Below the pieces are notes generated by a model. That model had not been told where the DNA came from and did not search any database. It worked only from the letters and a program-made list of their open reading frames with translations. Of a stretch of DNA of 64,000 bases, positions 1-11,409 are shown piece after piece (position 1 is the first letter of the stretch; every line of letters starts with the position of its first letter). This DNA is from Octopus sinensis. Lineage: Eukaryota. The position numbers and the translations under genes were made by a program. Location of the stretch: positions 43,338,001-43,402,000 of the forward strand of contig NC_043005.1 of the NCBI RefSeq assembly GCF_006345805.1, written 5' to 3'.

Positions 1-65
1 GCCAATCCTCAGTCAAACCGTCCAACCCATGCCAGCATGGAAAGCGGACATTAAATGATGATGAT
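1..65 (+). mobile_element. RTE 3'UTR tail fragment
   Basis: CAAACCGTCCAACCCATGCCAGCATGGAAAGCGGACATTAAATGATGATG, the same tail as 12410-12468. Confidence 0.75.
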
Positions 66-664
66 ATATTGATATATATATATATACACACACACAAATA
101 CATATATAACAGTGTATAAAACATACACAGAGAGAAAACCACCATGTGGATTTCTTACATGCTAAAAATGGCAGTCAAAGTGCAAACCACTGGAAAACAT
201 TCTTACATTAAAGCATGTTGCTTGTTTATGAGCAAGACATTTGAGTGAATAAAAATTTACTGAAATTTTTATTCATTCAAATGCCTTGCTCGCGAGCAAG
301 CAATATCCTTTAGTGTCAGAATGTTTTCTCATGGTTTGCACTTTGACTGCTATTTTTAGCATGTAAGAAATCCAATTAGTGGTTTTTTCCCCATGTATAT
401 TTTATACACTATTATAATTAAAAATATTTATGTCTTCTGACTTTTATCAAGCATGCTAACCACTGGTATAAATTATTTAATAATTTTTACCCTTATATTT
501 GTAAAGATATATATATATATGTATATATACATATATATAAGCATATGATCATTATAAGAATTAATTCATTAAATGGCGTTCAATAAATGTCATTAATTAA
601 TTCTTATAATGATCATTTGCTTAGATATATTCATACGGATATGATAAGAAATTCATAAATATAA

Positions 665-1031
665 TCTATATGTATAAACGGCAGTTTGTCTGTGCGTGTT
701 TCTGTGTGTCTGTTTACTTGTACCCTCACCCTGACCACGGCTTTCAACCGATTGTGATGAAACTTGACACACACATAGCCCAATGTCATAATTCAAAACT
801 AACGTAGCGAAAATTTTGAAAAGTTCCCCAGTTCTGAAAAACATCGATAAATTCGACATGGGGTCGAGAATCAGAAACACAAACCGCAAACTGTCTAGGG
901 GACGCAACTCCACCTTTTTTCACTCTCAAAAAAATTTACCATTTTTTTGCTATTTTTTGGCTATAACTCTCTAAAAATGCTTTATAGTTATTTCCCTTAC
1001 AAACCTGAGCAACGCCGGGCGATACTGCTAG
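665..1031 (+). mobile_element. Non-autonomous Helitron-like element (~367 bp)
   Basis: Starts TC (TCTATATGTATAAA) after an A and ends CTAG before a T, with no TSD. Subterminal (TGTC/TG)n microsatellite, internal AACCGATTGTGATGAAACTTG motif, and a GC-rich 3' hairpin CCTGAGCAACGCCGGG about 12 nt before CTAG. Confidence 0.75.
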
Positions 1032-1426
1032 TGTATGATAAAAAGACATTCAGAACCTAGGAAATAATTCCTTTAGTGGAAGAAGTTAATTTTCATGCGG
1101 ATAAATATAATATAATAAGCATACATATGTACATACGTACATACATACACATATATGTGTGTGTGTATATATCTTGGCGCTCTGTTGGTTGCGACAATGA
1201 GGATTCCAGTTGATCTGGTCAACAGCACAGAAACAAACATGCAATACAGTGAGAAAAGTATTAAAACTAACTATTAACAGATAAGGATATATAAATGCCC
1301 TCACACAAGCTGCATTGCACATTGTACACTCGCTCATCCAAGCATACGCACACGTGGTTTGGTGCACACCTGATCAAAAAGCAAGTTAAATAGCTACTTG
1401 GTGTATTTAAACCTAACAACTAATAT

Positions 1427-1582
1427 AGAAATCAGGATGTCCTCTGGTTCAACCCAATTTTCGGTTTGCATGTTTCAACCAAGATCACTGGAAAATTTTA
1501 TGCAGCTTTGGACAAATGTTTTCCTAAATCTAATCGGTATCATGCGATTTTTAATCAGCACACCATGAAGGTATATTACACT
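1427..1582 (+). mobile_element. Penelope-like element ORF remnant (RT-thumb to GIY-YIG linker)
   Basis: Translates RNQDVLWFNPIFGLHVSTKITGKFYAALDKCFPKSNRYHAIFNQHTMKVYY. Matches, from memory, the PLE motif WFNPP.S..V.T.IG..F...IDK.FP.....H.IFN....KV.YS. Confidence 0.75.
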
Positions 1583-1669
1583 ATGTTTTGTTGAGACAAA
1601 ATGCATCCAAAGACAGCAGGATATTATTTGAGGGAGACTTGGTCACTCTTTCTAAGTGATACATAGTGG

Positions 1670-2004
1670 CTCCCTGCTGACGATGGCTCTGAACATTAAT
1701 CAGTATACACTAAGGACGAGGATCTCTGAGCTGTGTGGGAACCTCCCAATATTTAGCTCAAAAATAACAGAGGAGACTGATGTTAGCTGGACATGCTTAC
1801 CGTTATTCACAGTTGATATTGCACTCAGTGCTCCTGTGGGATCCCCTACGTGGACACACTAGAAGAGGGAGACCAAGGATGACATATGTTGGTGCCCTAA
1901 GGGCATACATTGGTCTCTGGGAGACACAGGACATGGCAGTGATGATGAGGAGCAAAGACTGCTGGAGAGAACTCGTTCATGTATCTCGGGAATTTTACCC
2001 ACCC

Positions 2005-2040
<36 letters not shown>

Positions 2041-2045
2041 CAGAT
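1670..2045 (+). mobile_element. RTE-clade LINE 3' end remnant
   Basis: Frameshifted translation ...ELCGNLPIFSSKI / MLAGHAYR...LLWDPLRGHTRRGRPRMTYV...CWRELV, the typical RTE C-terminus, ending in a (TAGA)n tail. Confidence 0.75.
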
Positions 2046-3531
2046 AGAGGCTCCTGCATTGGCTCATGGATATAAACAGCTGAATAGAGTAGTTTAATGT
2101 GTTTGTTTTTTCTTTCCTTCTCTTGTAAGAGCAATTGTTACTTCTTTGCATATGAAATGCAGCTAGTATTTGTCTCTGAAAATTTAGTTCAGTTAATACT
2201 CTAACACTACCTGATCTGGTACATAACTCTTCTCTTCTGTGTTATTTTATATATATATATATATATATATTTGTCTTTATTTCTGAAACAAGATTGACTT
2301 TAGGTGTTGCCCCCTTAATCATCATCATCATCATCATCATCATTGTTTTCAGTTCTCTTTTGTTACACATGACCTGATTGTTATTTTCTTAAACGTAAAC
2401 CCCTTTTCTTAAACACATACATACATACACATGCATGCAGATGCAGACACAAACATGATTATTGGCTATTAGAATAGATCCTTTTCAGAGATACACATGC
2501 ACTTTTTAAGTGACATGTGCTCATTCTTGCATACAAGCACACATGCATAAATATTTGCATACTTACAAAAAACTGAATATGCACTCCCAGACCTTTCACT
2601 GTACAAGTATGCGTGTCTGCATGCATATATGTGTGTATGTGCGTAAAATTAATATATGAAATGTAGCTGTCTGTTGCTACTACTACCCTGGTATTTAGCT
2701 GCCATTAATACAGCTGTAGGGTGTCATCTCCTTATGGCTGCACCTCCTCCCACAATTAATCTCTATAAACATTTCATAGAAGGCCTGATCTGTTTATCAA
2801 CAAAACACTCGACAGCAGCCTCCTTCCTATCCACGTCCTTCCCTCGGCTGCTGCTCCTCCATTAAGTGTTGCTTTACTTAGACTAAGCAGATTGGAAGCA
2901 TTTACGATGTTACAGTTTCGCTGAGGTTGAAACCACTCAATCCCCTTAAACAGGGAGGAGTTTCAATTGACATTTTTCTACCTCAGACCACTTGTAGTAC
3001 TTATTTATAGTTTTTTTTTTGTTTTTTTTTGAAAGTTGTCTTAGTTACCTAATACACTTGTCCACTTATTTGGTAACACCTACATGAGAGAAAGACAGAA
3101 AAAAAAAAAGAAAAAGAGAGCAAGAGAAAAAGATGTCAAAACATCACAGGTTACCCAGAAGTCATCTCACCTGTCATTTTATATTACTTCTTGCTTTACT
3201 ATCACGTTTAACACCTGCTAATTCTTTCTCAGTTACATTACCTCACACTCTCCCCATTAATACTCTGTATATTCTTTATTCCTTTACCATCTCTCCCTCT
3301 CATTCAATGTTTCTTTCTCTGATATTTCACATGGAATTTCACTTGAGCATTGCTCTTCCATCATCTTGGTTCCTATCAGTTCTCTCTGTCCTTACTCAGT
3401 TTCTTTGCTTGCTATTCTACTCTGTTGGGGTCTTGGGAGTTAGTCCTTCTCAGAATTCTGTATATTTTTAATACCTTAATTACTCACCTTCATGAACAGG
3501 GTCAGTGTTCTATTCTTTGACCCATATTGCT

Positions 3532-3862
3532 GAGACCCCCTTCAGTCATGACTGACCATGGGATTGTACCAAGAAAGTTACCCTCCCAGGCACAAGTCTG
3601 GGCAAGGTTGTTTATGGAAGACCAGCAGTCGCCCATGCATACCAGCCTCCCCTCTCCACACCACTGATGTTATCTAAGGGAAAGGTAAAGGTTGATACAG
3701 CTTGGCACCTGTGACGTCACAACTCATTTCTACAGCTGAGTGAACTGAGCAACATGAAACAAAGTGTCTTGTTCAAGTACACAACACGCATCTCAGTCTG
3801 CGATTCGAACTCACAACCTCACGATTGTAAGCTCGACGCTCTAACCACTGAGCCATGCACCT
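3532..3862 (-). mobile_element. tRNA-derived SINE-D (CORE-like), near full length
   Basis: Minus-strand head has A-box TGGCTCAGTGG and B-box GAGTTCGAATC, then GTGTACTTGAACAAGACACTTT (CORE-like) and a distinct tail. Confidence 0.75.
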
Positions 3863-4323
3863 TTACTCTTTGACTCATAACTGGGACCCTTATTATGTAG
3901 TATCATCTTGGATGAAAGTAAATTCGAGAGCAGTGGTGATTATGAGTTAACTCCAGTAACTTTCTCAGTCATGTGGAGAACAGAAAGACATGCAGGTCTG
4001 TTAGCACCTGAAGACATGACACCTGTAGAAGAAGCAGTAGTAGGGAATCTGAAGAAACTAGCTGAAGGTGTAACGTCAGACCCTACCTTTTTTCATTTAT
4101 CATTCTCAGGAGCATCAATCTTGTGATCTGAACAGAGTAACAGCTCTGAGCTAATTTACGTAATCTTACTTCAACAGACCCCTTTTTACAATTATGTCAG
4201 TGCCTAGATGTGTTAAATGTCCTTTTACTGTGCGCACATATTAAGCATGTACCCTAGCATTAGGTATTAGTGTGAGTTTAGTGTGTAGATGTGTACCAAG
4301 ATCTCTCCTTACACAGTCATACC

Positions 4324-4556
4324 TATTTCTTTACTACCCACAAGGGGCTAAACACAGAGAGGACAAACAAGGACAGACAAATGGATTAAGTCGATTATAT
4401 CGACCCCAGTGCATAACTGGTACTTAATTTATTGACCCCCGGAAGGATGAAAGGCAAAGTCGACCATGGCAGAATTTAATCTGAGAACGTAGCGGCAGAT
4501 GAAATACCATAAAGCATTTCGCCCGACGTGTTAACAATTCTGCCGGCTCGCCGCCT
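4324..4556 (-). mobile_element. SINE-A, full length (tail type i)
   Basis: Pol III-type head (GGCAGAAT/GTTC boxes), central GTCGACTTTGCCTTTCATCCTTCCGGGGGTCAATAAATTAAGTACCAG, tail ...CCCCTTGTGGGTAGTAAAGAAATA. Confidence 0.85.
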
Positions 4557-5281
4557 GAACATTCTTCTTACACATTCATACCGGCCTGCTTTCACTACAA
4601 CACTGTCCTCTTCCCCATCTCACAATAATGCCGTATGCTATCAATGCAACTCTTGAAGGCATCATTCTGGCTTGACCCGTCGAAAATGTCAAACAAGTGC
4701 ATATTGCTTGGTTTTCGCATGTTTGTGTAGGAGTCTGACGTGTGCACATATTTGTGCATATGTCAGTCTTTGTGTTGTGCCTCTGTATGTATGTGTGTGT
4801 GTGTGCATGTGTGCACGTGTATTTGTAGGTGTGTGTGTTCAAATGCATGAATCTCACTTGTAAACCTGCCCTAATAACATGCCTAATAAATAAACAAGTA
4901 GCATGTTACTAATGTATCATGTAATTAACTGACATTTATATAACTTTGATTGAGGCAAATTACTTTGTGGCAAGAAGTCTGTTGAGTTGTCTCCCTCCTC
5001 GCCGCCACCTCTGTCTCCTAGTAACATTCACTTTTATTGCTAATGGGTAGAATCTATTGAAGGAGCTGTGGATATTTATTTTATGTTTGTTTCACTTTAA
5101 TGTTGGCACATTGAATCAAACAGCAATTGCTGTTGTTGTTTTAGAATAGTGTATGTGTGTGTGCGTGCGTGCACATACACATGTGTATCTGTAAATTTAT
5201 TAGTGAAGCAGGTCACTCAGAAGCTGCTTGGAATATTTGAATTGTATATTGATCACATGATTTATATAAGTATTGTGTGTG

Positions 5282-5299
<18 letters not shown>

Positions 5300-5314
<15 letters not shown>

Positions 5315-5510
5315 ATATTTTATCTTTTACTTGTTTCTGCCATGCTGGAACATTACCTTGAAGAATTTTTAGATTAATGAATCGACACCCAATACTTTTT
5401 TTTTTGTATGTGTGTGTTTTCAAGCCTGGTCTATATTGGTCTCTTTTGCTGAACCACTAAGTTATGGGGATTTAAACCATCACCAGTTGTCAAGTGGCAG
5501 TAAGGAACTT

Positions 5511-5546
<36 letters not shown>

Positions 5547-5904
5547 TTATATACAATGGGCTTCATTCAGTTTCTGTCTACCAAAGACACTTGCCCAAGG
5601 TGCCATGCAGGACCATATAGTTGGGAAACAAACTTCTTATCACACCCCCTCACCTGTGCCTTATCTATCTATCATATATATAATATGTGTGTGTGTGGTG
5701 TGTGTGTGTATATTTTATCTTTTACTTGTTTCTGCCATGCTGGAACATTACCTTGAAGAATTTTTAGATTAATGAATCGACACCCAATACTTTTTTTTTG
5801 TATGTGTGTGTTTTCAAGCCTGGTCTATATTGGTCTCTTTTGCTGAACCACTAAGTTATGGAGATTTAAACCATCACCAGTTGTCAAGTGGCAGTAAGGA
5901 ACTT

Positions 5905-5938
<34 letters not shown>

Positions 5939-6065
5939 TTATATACAATGGGCTTCATTCAGTTTCTGTCTACCAAAGACACTTGCCCAAGGTGCCATGC
6001 AGGACCATATAGTTGGGAAACAAACTTCTTATCACACCCCCTCACCTGTGCCTTATCTATCTATC

Positions 6066-6097
<32 letters not shown>

Positions 6098-6098
6098 A
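5300..6098. repeat. Near-identical tandem duplication, unit ~392-395 bp
   Basis: TATATTTTATCTTTTAC at 5314 and 5709; CACACCCCCTCACC at 5641 and 6033. Each unit holds the same deleted SINE-B. Confidence 0.92.
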
Positions 6099-6141
6099 TA
6101 CACATATTATTATTATTATTATTATTACTATTATTATTATT

Positions 6142-6384
6142 GTGGTGGGCTGGCAGAAACGTTAGCATGCCAGGTAAAATGCTTAGCAGTATTTCGGCTG
6201 CCTTTATGTTCTAAGTTCAAATTCCACCAAGGTTGACTTTGCCTTTTATTCTTTCGGGGTTGATAAATTAAATACCAGTTGCATACTGGGGTCAATAAAT
6301 TAAATACTAGATGCTTACTAGGGTTGATCTAATCAACTGGCCCTCTCCCTAAAAGTTTTGGGCCTTGTGCCTAGAGTAGAAACG

Positions 6385-6427
<43 letters not shown>

Positions 6428-6693
6428 TCTAAAGTGGCGAGCTGGCAGAATCGTTAGCATGCCGGACAAAATGCTTAGTGGCATTTCATCCACGTTTACA
6501 TTCAGAGTTCAAATTCCACCGAGATCAGCTTTGCCTTTCATCCTTTCATCCTTTCAAGGTTAATAAATTAAGTACCAGGAAAACACTGGAGTCGATGCAA
6601 TCAACTAGTCCCCTCCCCCAAAATTTCAGGCCTTGTGCTTATAATAGAAAGGATTATCATTATTATTATTATTATTATTATTATTGTTATTAT
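6142..6693 (+). mobile_element. Two head-to-tail SINE-A copies (tail ii): 6142-6425 and 6432-6693
   Basis: Both have the SINE-A head and core and end ...GGCCTTGTGCYT..AGTAGAAA-(ATT)n. Confidence 0.8.
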
Positions 6694-7222
6694 ATAAAGG
6701 CTCCATGTGCCTTAAAGTTCCACAGGCTTCCTGAAAAAAACCTACAAAACTTTAAGTTGCTTGGAGCTGAATCAAATTGTTTTAAATGATAATACTTGTA
6801 ACTTCTTCTATTGAATATGTTGAGTACCTTTTCCTTTCGTTTGTTCATTCACCTATGTGTAAACTCACAAAAACTCTCAGACTTTGAGTCACTCTGTTAC
6901 TTCTGCAAAATATTTATTAAAATATACTTATACTCATATTTTGAGTTCTCTCTCTTTCCTATTTGCATCAACATAACTCTGTGTGAGTGTGTGTGTGTGT
7001 GTGTGTGTGAATACACGCACACGCCACACATAACATATTTTGTGGCATACAAATCAAATTTGTCAAACCAAATTTTACAGCCAAATATGGTAGGTCAGCT
7101 TATACACCAAGTCAACATTGGAGGGCCAAAAATTTTATGTTGAAATACAGCAGGGTTTGCAAAGATAGTGACATTTGAATGTTTACGTTATATACTACTT
7201 CAGATTGTATACTGGGAGGTAT

Positions 7223-7224
<2 letters not shown>

Positions 7225-7265
<41 letters not shown>

Positions 7266-7495
7266 GTATGTATATGTATATATGTATTTACATATATATA
7301 TGCATGTGTATATATATGTACGTATGTATATATATATATATGTGTGTGTCTATATATATATATGTATGTATGTGTATATGTATACATATGTGTATATATA
7401 TATATGTGTGTGTATATGTATGTATATATATGTATACATATATATGTATACATATATATGTATGTACATGTATGTATGTGTGTGTATATATATAT
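7225..7495. repeat. Compound (TA/TG)n microsatellite (similar blocks at 35820-36130, 54950-55210, 59460-59790)
   Basis: Seen directly; these blocks generate the spurious YI/CV/HT-rich ORFs. Confidence 0.95.
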
Positions 7496-7501
7496 AATCA
7501 G

Positions 7502-7858
7502 CCCATTCAAAAATACCTTGGATTGTAGGGTGATCTGATGTGCTTGAGACCTATTGAGTCAAGTACATCAACATCAAAATGAAAATCAAATGGAAATTGC
7601 TGGCTTCCATGCTGGTGGCATGTAAAAAGCACCAACCAATCGTGGCCATTGCCAGCCTCCTCTGGCCCCTGTGCAGGTGGCACATAAAAAAGCACCCACT
7701 ACACTCTGAGTGGTTGGCATTAGGAAGGACATCCAGCTGTAGAAACACTACCAGATCAGACTGGAGCCTGGTGCAGCCTCTTGGCTTCCCAGACCCCTAT
7801 CAAACACGCTAGCAATCTGTGCTAACATGGAAAACGGACATTAAACAATGATGATGAT
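7502..7858 (+). mobile_element. RTE 3'UTR copy (5'-truncated)
   Basis: Homologous to 12080-12468, with subrepeats and a (GAT)n tail. Confidence 0.75.
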
Positions 7859-9022
7859 ATATATATGACCCAAGTTTTAATGAAACCATCAAACTATAAA
7901 ACCTGCCAAATTATGTTTACATATTAACCCTATCATAAAACTGACCTTCTCCACACTTCTGTCACCTCCTTATTTTCACAGTGAATTATTTAAAAAAAAA
8001 AAACTATTTATGGTCCTTAATAATCTTAAGATTGCCAACCACATTTCACTCATGTTGTTTTTAGATATTGCTACGCTGAGTTATGGCTTTATAACAAAGC
8101 TCTACCTGAAAATTCATACCTAGATGGTTTGTTATTTATTGTGGATATATTTACATTTTTTTCCTCTCTACTCCAGATACATTTGTTAGTATATTTTATT
8201 GTTTCTTATGATGGTCTAATCAAGTGAAGATCTAATGAAGATCTATAACAAAATAGACAATCTGCAAAGTTCTGAAAAAAAAATAGTAAGTCTTGAACAG
8301 CAGCCAAATCTATTGAGATCTTTAACTGTTATTTTATTGTACCATTAGCTTTTCTTCTTTCCTTCTCTCACTTTATCTCTCACACCCATACAATCTTTCT
8401 CTCTCTCTCTCACACAATCTCTGTCGCTCACTCACTCACACAATCTCTATCTCTCTATCTCCCTGAGATTTTCTTCCTTATTTATCAATGTCTTTCACTC
8501 TCTCTCTTTCTCATTGTTTTCTTGTTAACTATCCACAATAATGCATGTATTGTAGTGCTGCAGTTCTATCACTGCTAGTAGTCTTCTAAATAATGGTGTG
8601 TCTTCAGTGGAGGGTGTTGTTAAAGTTGCCTCCAACTTAAACATCGTCTATTCTAAGACTATTTTATTGGTTCCCTCTTCCAAATATGTCTTCATTAGCA
8701 GCAGTAAGAAAGCAGATTTTAATCCCACACAAACCCCATATGTGTGGTGCCATGTAAAAGCATCCAGCAAACTCTGTAAAGTTAGGGTTAGGGTTAGGGC
8801 TGTAGTAGAAGACACTTGCGCAATGTGCAACGCAGTGGGACTGAACCAGAACCATGTAGTTCGTAAGCAAGCTACTTACCACACAGCCACTCCTACGCCT
8901 ATAGTTGATTCCTGGGGGATATCATCTAAAAATTGTAGGAACTTGCACCTAAAATCATCCAATCAGTTTCTGGAGGGTCACACATACACACACACATGCA
9001 CAGTATGTATGCATGTGCATAT

Positions 9023-9490
9023 ATCTTTTAGCTTTAACTTGTTTCAGTCATTAGCCTGTGGCCATGCTGGGGGTACCACCTTGAAGAATTTTAGTCAAAT
9101 AAATTGACCCCTGTAGTTATAAATCCTTGTAAAGCCTGGTAGTTATTTTATCGATCTCTTTTGCCAAACTGCCAAGTTACAAGGATGTAAGCACACCAAT
9201 ATTGGCTGTCAAGCAGTGATGGAGGGACAAACACAGACACAAAGGTACGAGCGCACACATACACATGCACAGATACATATATATATATATGCACACACAC
9301 ATATATATATATATGTAGAGAGAGAGAGAGAGATTTATATACGATGGGCTTCTGTTTTTGTTTAATAAATCCACTCACAAGGCTCTGGTCAGCCCAAGAC
9401 TATAATAGAAGGTACCTGCCCAAGGTGCCATTCAGTGGGACTGAACCCAGAACCAAGTGTTTAGGAAGCAAACATTTTACCACACAGCCA
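9023..9490 (-). mobile_element. SINE-B, full length (tRNA head, CORE-like region, internal microsatellite)
   Basis: Head TGGCTGTGTGGT...GGTTCAGTCCCACTG, CCTTGGGCAGGT, central (TA/TG)n, tail CCAGCATGGCC...TGACTGAAACAAG. A further head fragment lies at 8799-8900. Confidence 0.8.
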
Positions 9491-10130
9491 AGAAAGTGAG
9501 GAACAAATGTGTGTGTGAAAACCCACACAAGTCTTAAGTGGCAAAGTATGTGACAATGAGTTCAAATCATACCACAACCAATGTGTCTAATTTATATGGT
9601 TAGAAGTAACACTGGTTAGCCATGAACTGAATTCTGAAAAATTACTCTAAAGTTATGCAACTATTCCAGTTTGTAAGAAAACTATCTTACCAATGCTGCT
9701 ATGGTAGTTAAAAAGAAGAAAAAAAAAAACTAGAAATTGAAAATAAATTACCTTAAACTCCCTCAGGGATAAACTGTTCAATTATGGATCATATTTGAAA
9801 TTTCATATCTTTAATTCCCATGAGTGCTACGATATTGCAACATACCATATGTTTCAACCCAGTTTAGTTTCTACAGTGACAAGTATTTTGTTACTCATAT
9901 GTAATTTATTTCGTTAAAGTCATCACACAAAAGACTGCTGCCATTGAAACTTGGGTTTGTTTTGTCTTTTTGAGTTTGTTTTTGTTTTTTTAATCAAAAC
10001 TGTGGTAACAAATAATTTTCTTTTCTCTTATGTATATTACTCCATTGGAAGTGTGACTGTATATTGAATTATCTTTGTTTATATATATATATATATCATC
10101 ATCCTCCTCCTCCTTCTCATCGCCATCATC

Positions 10131-10289
10131 ATTTAACATTCGTTTTCCATGCTGGCATGGGTTAGTTGGTTTGTCAGGAACTGGCAAGCCAGAGAGCTGC
10201 ACCAGGCTCCAGTTGGGTTAGGGTTAGGGTTTCTGCAACTGATATATACATCATCATCATCGTTTAACGTCTGCTTTCCATGCTAGCAT
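10131..10289 (-). mobile_element. Two RTE tail fragments separated by (TTAGGG)n
   Basis: CATCATTTAACATTCGTTTTCCATGCTGGCATGGG at 10131 and CATCATCGTTTAACGTCTGCTTTCCATGCTAGC at ~10249. Confidence 0.65.
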
Positions 10290-10290
10290 T

Positions 10291-10570
10291 TACCTACAAG
10301 GGGTTAAACATAGAGGGGACAAACAAGGACAGACAAAGGTATTAAGTCGATTACATCGACCCCAGTGTGTAACTGGTACTTAATTTACCGACCCCGAAAG
10401 GATGAAAGGCAAAGTCGACCTCAAAGGAATTTGAACTCAGAACGCAGCGGCAGACAAAATACCACTAAGAATTTCACCCGGCGTGCTAACGATTCTGCCA
10501 GCTCGCCGCCAAATGAAATACTGCTAAGCATTTTGTTCAGTATGCTAATGATTCTACGAGCTCGCTGCCT
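10291..10570 (-). mobile_element. SINE-A (tail i) plus an extra head fragment
   Basis: Consensus-like copy at 10291-10510; a second degenerate head at 10511-10570. Confidence 0.8.
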
Positions 10571-11041
10571 TAAATATTTCAAAATATATTACAAGTTAAT
10601 CATGCCAGAGTCATTGATTATTCAGATTTTGACCATGAATTAATATAAATTTTAGTTTTCAGTAATTCTGAATAATTTAGACAAAAATAGATTTTATTTT
10701 TTGAATATCATGAAATATGCAGATGTTTCTAATTTCAAGAATGAGCGGGCTCGTTCATGATGTTTGTGTTTACCATTGCTTTTGTAGAGGTGTATTCGGT
10801 TGTTCGAAGGTAACTGTTCTTATTAAAAAGCAGTGTCGTCCCTGATAGTCACCTAGTCAACCTCCCAATGTCGTAAACTACTTTTAGCATTACGGACACT
10901 TGCCTTATTGTCTACCACTACTTCTCTCATTATGGTCTAAGAGAGTGATTCAAAAAAACACATACCCAAAGCAGCAAAAGTACCCTTTGATAAGAAAACC
11001 CATTTGTGCACTACAGAGCAATTTGGATATTTATATATAAT

Positions 11042-11271
11042 CTTTCGTTCTACTTGTTTCAGTCAGTTGACTGCGGCCATGCTGGTGCATCACCTTGAAG
11101 TGAATTTGTCATGCAATTCTGCCCCAGGACTTACTTTTAAGCTAAAAATTTATTCTATCTGTCTCTTTGCCAAAGCACTGTGTTATAGGGACATAAACAC
11201 ACCAACACTGGTTGTCAAGCAATGATGGGGGGAGGCACAAACAAAAACATACACACACACGTGTAGATATA

Positions 11272-11324
<53 letters not shown>

Positions 11325-11345
11325 ATACACACATACATGATGGGT
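11042..11345 (-). mobile_element. SINE-B 3' half
   Basis: Tail and internal microsatellite are homologous to 15172-15575. Confidence 0.7.
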
Positions 11346-11409
11346 TTACCTGTTCAAAATATATTCTCATGGATAATATGTTCCTGGAATTTTGATAATT
11401 TACAAGAAA

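Noticed and set aside
3700-3862. tRNA-like cloverleaf
   Set aside because: It is a SINE head continuing into a CORE-like body, with no proper acceptor stem.
3908-4126. 72-aa non-repetitive acidic ORF
   Set aside because: No recognisable domain, a TTG start, no convincing splice-site pair, and the opposite strand is similarly open.
7112-7538. Stacked 100-170 aa ORFs rich in YI/CV/HT (also ~16.8k, 20.7k, 35.8k, 37k, 55k, 57.7k, 59.4k)
   Set aside because: They are translations of (TA/TG/TCTA)n microsatellites, which lack stops in several frames.
10365-10643. Recurrent ORF motif NWYLIYRPRKDERQSRPRRNLNS (also 11796, 13806, 22106, 28700)
   Set aside because: It is the antisense translation of the SINE-A core, not a protein family.
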